Below are positions 7,687-15,062 of a stretch of DNA of 32,000 nt, piece after piece; positions within the stretch are counted from its first letter, which is position 1; every line of letters begins with the position of its first letter. The stretch is taken from assembly GCF_000025925.1 (NCBI RefSeq), contig NC_014033.1:2010001-2042000 (forward strand), read 5' to 3'. The notes under the pieces were generated by a model. That model was given only the letters and a program-made list of their open reading frames with translations, searched no databases and had not been told where the DNA came from. This DNA comes from Xylanibacter ruminicola 23. GTDB taxonomy: Bacteria; Bacteroidota; Bacteroidia; Bacteroidales; Bacteroidaceae. Made by a program: the position numbers and the translations under genes.

Positions 7687-7694
7687 TATCTTTG
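7687..7694 (+). promoter_or_regulatory. Candidate -7 box TAtcTTTG for the thioesterase / redoxin pair
   Basis: tatctttg lies at 7687-7694, 20 nt upstream of the ATG at 7715. Only a weak -33 (aTTG at 7659-7662) is present. Confidence 0.5.
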
Positions 7695-7714
7695 CAGGCA
7701 AAAATCATACAATC

Positions 7715-8119
7715 ATGGATATTAAAGAATTACTGAACCAGACCGACCATTTTGCAGCCAACACAGGTTGTAGGATAGTAGAGGTAGACGATCAGCATGC
7801 TGTAGCCGAGATGACCGTAAACTCCATGCACCTGAATGGCGGCCATGTTTGCCAGGGTGGTGCTTTGTTCACCTTAGCCGACCTTGCCATCGCCGCCTTG
7901 ATGAACCAGCACGGCGAGCTTACCTTCGGCATCTCCAACAACATCATGTTCGTGGCCAGTGCCTTGGAGGGCGACCATCTTAGGGCCGAAGCCACCTTCG
8001 TAGCCGATCACCATAAGATCCCCTCTGTTCAGGTTAGCGTCACCAATCAGGAGGGCAAACTCATCTGTCACGTCACCGGCATGGGCTACCGCAAATCCAA
8101 GCCGCTTCCCCCAAAATAA
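7715..8119 (+). CDS. PaaI-family hotdog-fold acyl-CoA thioesterase
   Basis: 134 aa. The motifs LNGGHVCQGGALFTLADLAIAA and a late ...LICHVTGMGYR pattern are typical of PaaI/YigI-type thioesterases. Confidence 0.8.
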   Translation: MDIKELLNQTDHFAANTGCRIVEVDDQHAVAEMTVNSMHLNGGHVCQGGALFTLADLAIAALMNQHGELTFGISNNIMFVASALEGDHLRAEATFVADHHKIPSVQVSVTNQEGKLICHVTGMGYRKSKPLPPK

Positions 8120-8141
8120 ATCATACATAAAACTAATAAAA

Positions 8142-8714
8142 ATGAAAGCAATCATTCTCCTAACAGCATTAACATTATCCATCACCACCTCGGCACAGGA
8201 TAAAGAGCGCGATGCCATCGTTCAGCACTACATGAGTCTTTCTGCCCAGCTGAAAGCAAGCACGCAGTCAACCATCAAGTCCGATGGTTCGTTCTACTAT
8301 CCCCATGCAGGCGATAAGTTCCCAACTTTCTCTGATAAAGACATCGATGGCAACACCTGGAACTCCGATAGCATCCGTGGTCGTGTAGCCGTATTTAATC
8401 TATGGTATTCCGGCTGTAGACCATGCCTTGCTGAGATGCCGATTCTTTCAGAATGGAAGCAGCAGCTACCCGAAGTGTTGTATTTTTCAGCAACATTCCA
8501 CGATGCTGCCACCACCAAACGAATCACCGACAACCGTCAGTTCAACTGGATCCATCTTGTTGAAGACAAGACCATGATGCCATGGATTGGTTCATTAGGA
8601 TTTCCACTCACCATCGTAGTCGACAAGCAGGGCATCGTACGTTACGCCGTTCACGGCACATCAGAGCAAAAGCGCGCCGAAATCCTCGACGCCATCAAGT
8701 CCGCACTCAAATGA
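8142..8714 (+). CDS. Secreted TlpA/ResA-like thiol-disulfide oxidoreductase (thioredoxin fold)
   Basis: Signal peptide MKAIILLTALTLSITTSAQ. The CxxC active site sits in the context VFNLWYSGCRPCLAEMP. Confidence 0.8.
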   Translation: MKAIILLTALTLSITTSAQDKERDAIVQHYMSLSAQLKASTQSTIKSDGSFYYPHAGDKFPTFSDKDIDGNTWNSDSIRGRVAVFNLWYSGCRPCLAEMPILSEWKQQLPEVLYFSATFHDAATTKRITDNRQFNWIHLVEDKTMMPWIGSLGFPLTIVVDKQGIVRYAVHGTSEQKRAEILDAIKSALK

Positions 8715-8724
8715 CACTCTCCAC

Positions 8725-8934
8725 AATGGTACATTAGTTCATTAGTTCATTTCCAATTCTAAGAGACAAAAGCAGGAGGGCGAGAGAGGGTAACGGGAGG
8801 TGGAGACTATATTTATTCTATATTATATATTAAATTTATATATATTATAATATATATAAATTATATAAAGCAATAAGAGCCCACGGATGCGCTACTAAAT
8901 TTTACAAAATGAACTAATGAACTAATGTACCATT
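8725..8934. repeat. Perfect 28-bp inverted repeat pair (8725-8752 / 8907-8934) enclosing a 154-bp segment
   Basis: I paired it base by base: aatggtacattagttcattagttcattt against aaatgaactaatgaactaatgtaccatt, 28/28, with mismatches immediately outside on both sides. The interior holds an 85% purine tract (8761-8807) and a nearly pure A/T block (8808-8869) that contains a perfect 30-bp palindrome (8833-8862). Confidence 0.95.
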
Positions 8935-9133
8935 CCAGCCCGCCAGCAGGGCATTTTATGTAGTACGGCAGAATCTGGTGGATAGTTTACGAGTTTTCTG
9001 TAAATCCTGCCGAACTTTCTCTTAGATAGTAAAGTGGTATTTTTAAGATAGTATATATAAGGCTCCTTACAATCAAGATTATTTCTTTACATTTTAACAC
9101 TTCAGAAAAACTCAAGGAATAACTTTAAAAAGT

Positions 9134-9165
9134 TTTGGTGCGCATCGATTTTATTTGTACCTTTG
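9134..9165 (+). promoter_or_regulatory. Bacteroidetes-type promoter (-33 TTTG, -7 TAccTTTG) upstream of the HU-like pseudogene
   Basis: TTTG at 9134-9137, a 20-nt spacer, then tacctttg at 9158-9165. Confidence 0.6.
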
Positions 9166-9282
9166 CAGTGCAATTAGGAAATAATGCAACGTCAAAAAGA
9201 AACAAAGTGCACACGTGGATTGAGACACACAAGAGATTAAGTAACATTAGTATTAACCATTAAAATTAAAAAGTATTAGAGT

Positions 9283-9597
9283 ATGGCAAAGATTTTTTAT
9301 GAGTTGCGACAGAAAAAGAACAACAAGTCGCAGTATTTTGGCAAGTGGTTCGCCCACAGTAAGAGTATTGAAACCCTGAACACCCGCAAGCTGGCAAAGC
9401 ACATCAGTGAGCACGGTAGTGTTTATACGCAGGATGTAGTATTTGGTGTGCTGTAGAAGTTCCGTAGCTGTCTGGTGGAGATGCTGCTGGAGAGCAAGCG
9501 AGTAAACATCTCGAGTCATGAGTTCCTGAAGAAGGCCGAGTTTGTGATTTCCTTAGGGTTTTCCCTATCCACAAAGGATTTTTACTATATTTTTTAA
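9283..9597 (+). pseudogene. Decayed Bacteroidales HU-like (histone-like) DNA-binding protein gene with an in-frame TAG and a divergent truncated 3' part
   Basis: ATG 9283 gives MAKIFYELRQKKNNKSQYFGKWFAHSKSIETLNTRKLAKHISEHGSVYTQDVVFGVL, then TAG (9454-9456). The same frame continues KFRSCLVEMLLESKRVNISSHEF... to TAA (9595-9597). The N-terminal pattern matches the Bacteroidales HU-like family, which is normally longer. It is absent from the track because the first segment is under 60 aa. Confidence 0.55.
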
Positions 9598-9660
9598 ATA
9601 GGCCGTTTTTTGTGATTCTAGTCAACAATATCAGCCTAATTCGGTATTTTCTGCAAAACT

Positions 9661-9693
9661 TTTGCTTGGTTTAAAGTTTTCGCCTTACCTTTG
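9661..9693 (+). promoter_or_regulatory. Bacteroidetes-type promoter (-33 TTTG, -7 TAccTTTG) for the small beta-barrel OMP gene
   Basis: TTTG at 9661-9664, a 21-nt spacer, then tacctttg at 9686-9693. The 15-nt core tacctttgcagtgca is identical to 9158-9172. Confidence 0.65.
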
Positions 9694-9768
9694 CAGTGCA
9701 TTTAGAATCAAAACAGGCGGTCCTTTGGGAGACCAAATGTATATGTTTAATATTAAAAAGAAAAGAAA

Positions 9769-10326
9769 ATGAAAAAGATTTTTATGACACTCGCAGCAGT
9801 GTGTGTAGCTGCAACAATGAATGCACAGGTTTACGTAGGTGGTGGTCTTGGTCTGGCTTCTACATCTCAGGATGGCGATACCAACACTAAGCTCAAGCTC
9901 ATGCCTGAGATTGGTTACAACATCAACGATAGCTGGGCTATTGGTGTAGCTTTCGGATATGCCGAGAACGAGCAGAAGGTAAAAGCTGGCAATCTCACTG
10001 TATCAGCCAAGGACAAGGTATTCCAGATTAATCCTTACGCCCGTTACACCTTTGCTAAGTTTGATAAGGTAAACCTGTTCCTGGATGGTGGTTTAGATTA
10101 TATCCACGAGGATCCCGCTGTAGGTAACAAGGTAAACACCTTCGGTCTGGGCATCAAGCCAGGTATTGCAGTTAACCTCAACGATAAGCTCAGCTTTGTA
10201 GCTCACGCTGGTTTCCTGGGCTGGCAGAGCGAGAAGGAGGATGTAGATGGCGCCAAGGCTGCTAACACCTTTGGTTTCGACCTCGATGGATCTAACCTAA
10301 GCTTCGGTGTTTACTACAACTTCTAA
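9769..10326 (+). CDS. Small outer-membrane beta-barrel protein (OmpA-like/porin-type 8-strand family)
   Basis: Signal peptide MKKIFMTLAAVCVAATMNAQ, alternating amphipathic strands rich in G/Y/A, and a C-terminal ...SFGVYYNF ending in Phe. Confidence 0.8.
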   Translation: MKKIFMTLAAVCVAATMNAQVYVGGGLGLASTSQDGDTNTKLKLMPEIGYNINDSWAIGVAFGYAENEQKVKAGNLTVSAKDKVFQINPYARYTFAKFDKVNLFLDGGLDYIHEDPAVGNKVNTFGLGIKPGIAVNLNDKLSFVAHAGFLGWQSEKEDVDGAKAANTFGFDLDGSNLSFGVYYNF

Positions 10327-10352
10327 TAGTAAAACCTTAGTTTATATAAATC

Positions 10353-10396
10353 AAAAAAAGATGGCTGCATCATTCCGGTGCAGCCATCATTGTTTG
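10353..10396. terminator. Bidirectional intrinsic terminator between convergent genes
   Basis: 10-bp perfect stem gatggctgca (10360-10369) / tgcagccatc (10379-10388) with a 9-nt loop. An A-run lies upstream and a T-rich tract downstream. Confidence 0.8.
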
Positions 10397-10401
10397 TGTA
10401 T

Positions 10402-11454
10402 TTAGAAGTTCTTGCGGACGCCTTGCCACTCGGGGAATTTGAGCTTGAGGTACTCATCGTCGAGGAAGAGGGCCGACTGTCCTACCTGGCCTTTGAGCTG
10501 CCAGTCGAGCCATTTTACAACGGCCTTGGCATAGTTGCCACCGTGAGCCTCGTAATAGGTACCACTGTGGCCATCCTTTGAGTTGAGCATCACTACAGGA
10601 ATATCGTCGGCAATACGCTCGTAATCCTTCTGGGCGTTGGCATAAGCGATATCGGCTGGACCACCAATCATATAGAACATAGGGGTGTGCAGATTCTTAA
10701 GGCACTCTTTGGTGGCGCCCATCATCTCCATATCGCCAATACCGGTGTTGAGCATCACGCAGGTGCGGATACGGGGATCGTAGGCGATGGCAAGCACCTG
10801 GGCACCACCACACGACTGACCCATGGCGGCTACACGCTGCAGATCCAAGCAGTGGTAATACTCGGAACCAGCGGCGGCATTCTGCTCGGTGAGCCAATCG
10901 AGCACCTCGAGCAGCATCTTAGGATAGGTACTGAACTGAGGAGCAGCGGGCTGCTTAGCGGTTTTCTTAGCCTTCTTGGTGGCCTGGGCCATCATCTTGG
11001 CCTGCTCTTCCTGCTGGGCCTTGATCTCCTCAGGTGTAAGGGGCTGAATCTTCTCGCCATTGGCCATCACAACCTCGGCCTTGGTGGCAGGATAGGCCGA
11101 CTTGAGCACACCACGCCACTGAGCCATGACATCGGCCTCGTCGTAAGGACCGATAGCAGCAGCTACGTAACCATACGAGGCTACCTCGCTGAGCAGCAGG
11201 CGCATCTCTACATTATTATTAAAGCAGGCGCCGTTGGCATAAACGATAACGGGCAGGGCGCCTTTCTGGGCCACCACCTGCTGCAGGTTCTGAGGGCGAT
11301 AAACGGTGAAGCCTGGGCAAGAGGCATCGCCTACCACCTCGGACTTAAAGGGGCCTGTACCACCCTCTTCTACAATCTGTTTCTGAACTGTCTGGGCATT
11401 AACCAGCCCGGTACTTGCTGCGAACAGCATAGCTGATAATAGTAACTTTTTCAT
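10402..11454 (-). CDS. Secreted alpha/beta-fold serine hydrolase
   Basis: Signal peptide MKKLLLSAMLFAASTGLVNAQ and nucleophile elbow GQSCGG (GxSxG). A K/A/Q-rich low-complexity insert (EEIKAQQEEQAKMMAQATKKAKKTAKQPAAPQ) is present. The track ORF starts at a GTG (11520) that lies upstream of the predicted promoter, so I use ATG 11454. Confidence 0.75.
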   Translation of the reverse strand: MKKLLLSAMLFAASTGLVNAQTVQKQIVEEGGTGPFKSEVVGDASCPGFTVYRPQNLQQVVAQKGALPVIVYANGACFNNNVEMRLLLSEVASYGYVAAAIGPYDEADVMAQWRGVLKSAYPATKAEVVMANGEKIQPLTPEEIKAQQEEQAKMMAQATKKAKKTAKQPAAPQFSTYPKMLLEVLDWLTEQNAAAGSEYYHCLDLQRVAAMGQSCGGAQVLAIAYDPRIRTCVMLNTGIGDMEMMGATKECLKNLHTPMFYMIGGPADIAYANAQKDYERIADDIPVVMLNSKDGHSGTYYEAHGGNYAKAVVKWLDWQLKGQVGQSALFLDDEYLKLKFPEWQGVRKNF

Positions 11455-11497
11455 TTTTACGTTAGGTTTACTGTAATAATACGTTATTTTACGATGG

Positions 11498-11528
11498 CAA
11501 AGGTACACAAAAAAAGCCACCCGACAAA
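11498..11528 (-). promoter_or_regulatory. Bacteroidetes-type promoter for the hydrolase gene (-33 TTTG, -7 TAccTTTG)
   Basis: The reverse complement of caaaggta (11498-11505) is TACCTTTG, and the reverse complement of caaa (11525-11528) is TTTG, with a 19-nt spacer. It overlaps the gap terminator. Confidence 0.65.
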
Positions 11529-11540
11529 ATCGAGTGGCTT
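11509..11540 (-). terminator. Intrinsic terminator of gap
   Basis: The reverse strand reads aagccactcg attttgt cgggtggc ttttttt. This is an 8-bp stem (one G.U), a 7-nt loop and a 7-U tract, 27 nt after the gap stop. Confidence 0.8.
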
Positions 11541-11566
11541 AAAATATGTCAAACTAAGATTTGATC

Positions 11567-12592
11567 TTATTTGAGCTCAGCGAGGTACTTAATAGTACGA
11601 ACCATCTGAGAAGTGTAAGAGTTCTCGTTGTCGTACCAAGAAACAACCTGTACGAGTGAGTTGCCGTCCTCCATCTTGCTTACCATTGTCTGGTTAGCGT
11701 CGAAGAGTGAACCGAACTTCATACCGATGATGTCGCTTGAAACGAGCTTCTCCTCAGTGTAACCGAAGCTCTCGTTAGCAGCAGCCTTCATGGCAGCGTT
11801 AATGCTCTCAACAGTTACATCACCCTTAACAACAGCGTGCAGGATAGTTGTAGAACCAGTTGGAGTTGGAACGCGCTGAGCAGCACCGATGAGCTTACCG
11901 TTGAGCTCAGGAATTACGAGACCGATAGCCTTAGCAGCACCAGTTGAGTTAGGAACGATGTTCTGAGCACCAGCACGAGCACGCTGAACATCACCCTTGC
12001 GCTGAGGACCGTCGAGAATCATCTGGTCACCTGTGTAAGCGTGAACAGTTGTCATGATACCGCTCTGGATTGGAGCGAGGTCGTTCAGAGCCTTTGTCAT
12101 AGGAGCCAGGCAGTTTGTTGTACAAGAAGCAGCGCTGATAACAGTGTCAGCAGGAGTCAGAGTCTTGTGGTTTACATTGTAAACGATAGTAGGCAGATCG
12201 TTACCAGCAGGAGCAGAGATAACAACCTTCTTAGCACCAGCAGTGAGGTGAGCAGAAGCCTTCTCCTTAGATGTGTAGAAACCTGTGCACTCCAGAACAA
12301 CGTCTACATCCAGCTTACCCCAAGGGAGCTCAGCAGCGTTAGGAATAGCATAGATAGTGATCTTCTGACCATCAACAACGATGTAATCCTCACCAGCCTC
12401 TACAGTGTGCTTGTTCTCACCAATCTTGCCACAGAAACCACCCTGAGCGGTATCGTACTTCAGCAGGTGAGCGAGCATCTTAGGACTTGTCAAGTCGTTG
12501 ATTGCTACTACTTCATAACCTTCAGCCTCGAACATCTGACGGAATGCGAGACGACCAATACGGCCAAAACCGTTAATTGCTACTTTTGTCAT
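11567..12592 (-). CDS. gap: Type I glyceraldehyde-3-phosphate dehydrogenase
   Basis: NGFGRIGR dinucleotide-binding motif, active site [15 protein letters not shown] near the C-terminus, 341 aa. Confidence 0.95.
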   Translation of the reverse strand: MTKVAINGFGRIGRLAFRQMFEAEGYEVVAINDLTSPKMLAHLLKYDTAQGGFCGKIGENKHTVEAGEDYIVVDGQKITIYAIPNAAELPWGKLDVDVVLECTGFYTSKEKASAHLTAGAKKVVISAPAGNDLPTIVYNVNHKTLTPADTVISAASCTTNCLAPMTKALNDLAPIQSGIMTTVHAYTGDQMILDGPQRKGDVQRARAGAQNIVPNSTGAAKAIGLVIPELNGKLIGAAQRVPTPTGSTTILHAVVKGDVTVESINAAMKAAANESFGYTEEKLVSSDIIGMKFGSLFDANQTMVSKMEDGNSLVQVVSWYDNENSYTSQMVRTIKYLAELK

Positions 12593-12694
12593 TTTCTTAA
12601 TTATTTAAATGGGTTATACCTATTATTACTAACTTTTTTAGCTCGAAAAACGAACTTTTTTTTATTTTCGGATGCAAAGTTACAAAATTATTCC

Positions 12695-12702
12695 TATATT
12701 TG
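12695..12702 (+). promoter_or_regulatory. Candidate -7 box TAtaTTTG for mscL; candidate gap -7 boxes lie on the opposite strand at 12675-12690
   Basis: tatatttg is at 12695-12702. On the reverse strand, taattttg/taactttg sit at 12675-12690. No clean -33 was seen for either. Confidence 0.35.
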
Positions 12703-12723
12703 CAGCATAAATCACTTAAAAAT

Positions 12724-12765
12724 AAAGTGAAAAGTGAAAACTGAAAAGTAAAAAGTATAAAAATC
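12724..12765. repeat. Heptanucleotide array (AAAGTGA-type), 6 units, in the mscL leader
   Basis: Units are aaagtga 12724-30, aaagtga 12731-37, aaactga 12738-44, aaagtaa 12745-51, aaagtat 12752-58, aaaaatc 12759-65. Confidence 0.85.
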
Positions 12766-12811
12766 GGCGGCAAAAAACCAATGATTGCAAAATACAGATT
12801 ACAATTCATAC

Positions 12812-12848
12812 ATTAATATATTAAACATTAAACATTAAACATTTAAAG
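12812..12848. repeat. Heptanucleotide array (ATTAAAC)n, 3 perfect plus 2 degenerate units, ending 3 nt before the mscL ATG
   Basis: attaaac occurs at 12820-26, 12827-33 and 12834-40, flanked by attaata and atttaaag. Positions 12815-12829 (aatatattaaacatt) are identical to 749-763. Confidence 0.9.
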
Positions 12849-12851
12849 CTT

Positions 12852-13250
12852 ATGGGATTTATTAAAGAATTCAAGGAGTTTGCCGTTAAGGGCAATGTGA
12901 TGGACATGGCAGTGGGTGTTATCATTGGCGGTGCCTTTGGTAAGATTGTAAGCTCGCTGGTTGACGATGTGCTGATGCCTGTTGTAGGTATGGTTACTGG
13001 CAATGTAGATTTTACCAGCCTGGCTTTCCAGATTGGCGAAGGCGAGGGTGCAGCTGTGCTGAAGTATGGTACGTTTATACAGAACGTGGTAGATTTTGTG
13101 ATCGTGGCATTCTGTATCTTCCTGATGCTGAAGGGCATTAACAAGCTGAACCGCAAGAAGGAAGAGCCTGCTCCAGAGCCCGAGGCTCCTAAGGGTCCCA
13201 CCCAGGAAGAGCTGCTGGCTGAGATCAGAGATCTGCTGAAAAATAAATAA
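12852..13250 (+). CDS. mscL: Large-conductance mechanosensitive channel
   Basis: [43 protein letters not shown]... is the canonical MscL N-terminus and TM1. 132 aa. Confidence 0.95.
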   Translation: MGFIKEFKEFAVKGNVMDMAVGVIIGGAFGKIVSSLVDDVLMPVVGMVTGNVDFTSLAFQIGEGEGAAVLKYGTFIQNVVDFVIVAFCIFLMLKGINKLNRKKEEPAPEPEAPKGPTQEELLAEIRDLLKNK

Positions 13251-13260
13251 ACAATAAAAA

Positions 13261-13285
13261 AGCCCCGCCGATTGGCGGGGTTTTT
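13261..13285. terminator. Bidirectional intrinsic terminator between mscL and the SusD-like gene
   Basis: aaaaaag ccccgcc gatt ggcgggg ttttt: a 7-bp GC stem and a 4-nt loop, flanked by an A-run and a T-run. Confidence 0.85.
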
Positions 13286-13288
13286 ATT

Positions 13289-15058
13289 TTACTTAAACTT
13301 ATACGGCAGGTCGCCCTTGGCCCAGTTGGTGCCATCGCCCCAGCCGGGGTTCTGCTCGAGCACACCCTCCGACAGGGTTACCTGATCCTCAGGAATCTTG
13401 AAGAATCCACCACCCGTTTCGTTATAACGCTGCATAAAATCGTTGGTAAAGGCATACTCGCCAGGAATACCCTGGTTGGTAATCTTGTTGCCTACCTGAT
13501 TCTTAACCTTCTCGGCCACATCGCCCCAACGGCGCAGGTCGTTCCAGCGCAGAGCCTCGAAACACAACTCGTAGCGGCGCTCCTTTTTAAGGGCAGCCAG
13601 ACTGTAGGTGATATCGTTCAAGCCGGCACGCTGGCGAACGGCATTCAGTCCGCTCTTGCCATTGAGCACAGCCTTACCATCGGTAAGCTCGGAGTGCATG
13701 AGCAGCACATCGGCAAAGCGCAGCCATACCAGCGACTGAGTAAGACCCGACTGGCGGTTGTTCTCAGAGCCATAGTAGTAAGCATAGCTAAGGTAGCGGC
13801 TGCTGTGATCCTCACTATAGGCCTCGCAACCTATGTACTTCTTAGCCAGCAGGTTGGTGTTCTCTACCTCCTTGGCGGGATCGCCCTTGTACTTAGGAAT
13901 CTCGACGGCACGATCGCAGATAGAACCCACACGGCGATAGTCGCCCTGATAGTCGGGATCGGCAGCCCAATCGGTCCACAGTTTTTCGCACACAGGACCG
14001 TTAGAATAACCCTGAACTGAGAATGGGAAGGCATCAACAGTGGTCTTGCGCAGGCCGTAGAACTCAACAATACGGTTGTGGCGCAACTGCGAGTCGGCAC
14101 TCCAACCGGCCTTGTTACTCATCTTAACGGCAAACATGTTCTCCATATTCTCGTCGGTAACCCAATTCAAACCGTTGTCGAGGGCATAAGGATAATCCTT
14201 GGCGGTATAGGGGTTGGTGTAAGGCCACAGGTTGCGCTGATCGCTAACCAGGCCAAAGCCAGAGTTCTGGATACAATCCTCGAGCCACGAGGCTACCTGA
14301 GCCTTTGAGATGCTACCACCCTCGGCCAAAGGCAGCTCGCTCTTGTTATAGAAGCCTGTATAGAACAGCCATACACGGGCCATCAAACCCTCGGCAGCCC
14401 ATTTTGAGGCACGCCCCTCGCCAAAGGCGGGATACTTGGTTGAAGGACCATTCTCGATAGCAGCCTTGAGGTCGCTACCAATCTGGGCATACACCTCGTC
14501 GGCCGTGGCGCGTGGCAGGTTCTGCGGATCGGTGCTGAGAACCAGGGGCACACCATTAAACACCTGAGCGAGGTTGAAATAATAGAATGCACGCAGGAAG
14601 TAGATTTCGCACAGCAACTGCTTTTTCTTATCGGGCGAGCTCCACTCGGTAACGTTGTCGATGGTTTCGAGCGCGTTGTTGGCACGGTTGATACCTGCAT
14701 AGCGCTGCTTCCAAAGGGGTTTCATCCAATCCACATAGGCATTCATGAGGCGATCGACACCCTGAGCGCCAATGTTACTCTGACTACCACCACCCAAGCG
14801 GTCGTCGCCAGCGATATCGAATATAAAGAAGGGGTCTTCCTCGGGGTCGGCCAGGTTGCGGTTCATAACAGAGTAGATACCATTTACCATCTGCACGGCA
14901 TCGGTCTCGTTAACAGGGAAGTTCGAGGTATCCTTCATCGTAAGGTTCTCGGTATCCAGGAAATCGTCGCAGGAGCAAGCCAGCACGATGGCTGCTACTG
15001 CAATGCCAAAATTACATAATTTAAGCATCAAAGATCTATAGTGTTTCATAATTACCAT
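13289..15058 (-). CDS. SusD/RagB-family nutrient-binding outer-membrane lipoprotein
   Basis: Lipoprotein-type signal (...AAIVLACSCDDF) and SusD-like length and TPR-like helical composition. It lies immediately (4 nt) downstream of a SusC-like gene. Alternative ATGs are at 15049 and 15028. Confidence 0.85.
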   Translation of the reverse strand: MVIMKHYRSLMLKLCNFGIAVAAIVLACSCDDFLDTENLTMKDTSNFPVNETDAVQMVNGIYSVMNRNLADPEEDPFFIFDIAGDDRLGGGSQSNIGAQGVDRLMNAYVDWMKPLWKQRYAGINRANNALETIDNVTEWSSPDKKKQLLCEIYFLRAFYYFNLAQVFNGVPLVLSTDPQNLPRATADEVYAQIGSDLKAAIENGPSTKYPAFGEGRASKWAAEGLMARVWLFYTGFYNKSELPLAEGGSISKAQVASWLEDCIQNSGFGLVSDQRNLWPYTNPYTAKDYPYALDNGLNWVTDENMENMFAVKMSNKAGWSADSQLRHNRIVEFYGLRKTTVDAFPFSVQGYSNGPVCEKLWTDWAADPDYQGDYRRVGSICDRAVEIPKYKGDPAKEVENTNLLAKKYIGCEAYSEDHSSRYLSYAYYYGSENNRQSGLTQSLVWLRFADVLLMHSELTDGKAVLNGKSGLNAVRQRAGLNDITYSLAALKKERRYELCFEALRWNDLRRWGDVAEKVKNQVGNKITNQGIPGEYAFTNDFMQRYNETGGGFFKIPEDQVTLSEGVLEQNPGWGDGTNWAKGDLPYKFK

Positions 15059-15062
15059 GTGT

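Noticed and set aside
8725-8934. Reading the 28-bp inverted repeat as the intrinsic terminator of the redoxin gene
   Set aside because: The loop would be 154 nt and no U-tract follows the distal arm. The geometry does not fit a rho-independent terminator.
9253-9628. Minus-strand ORFs 9253-9519 (88 aa) and 9404-9628 (74 aa)
   Set aside because: They are antisense to the HU-like pseudogene, have no promoter box upstream and no recognisable motifs. They are probably chance ORFs in AT-rich sequence.
12597-12809. 70-aa minus-strand ORF in the gap-mscL intergenic region, and the 126-aa ORF at 12821-13201 antisense to mscL
   Set aside because: The first is a translation of promoter sequence and the heptamer arrays (FTFQFSLFTLF...). 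The second is antisense to an unmistakable mscL and ends in array-derived ...FKCLMFNV.
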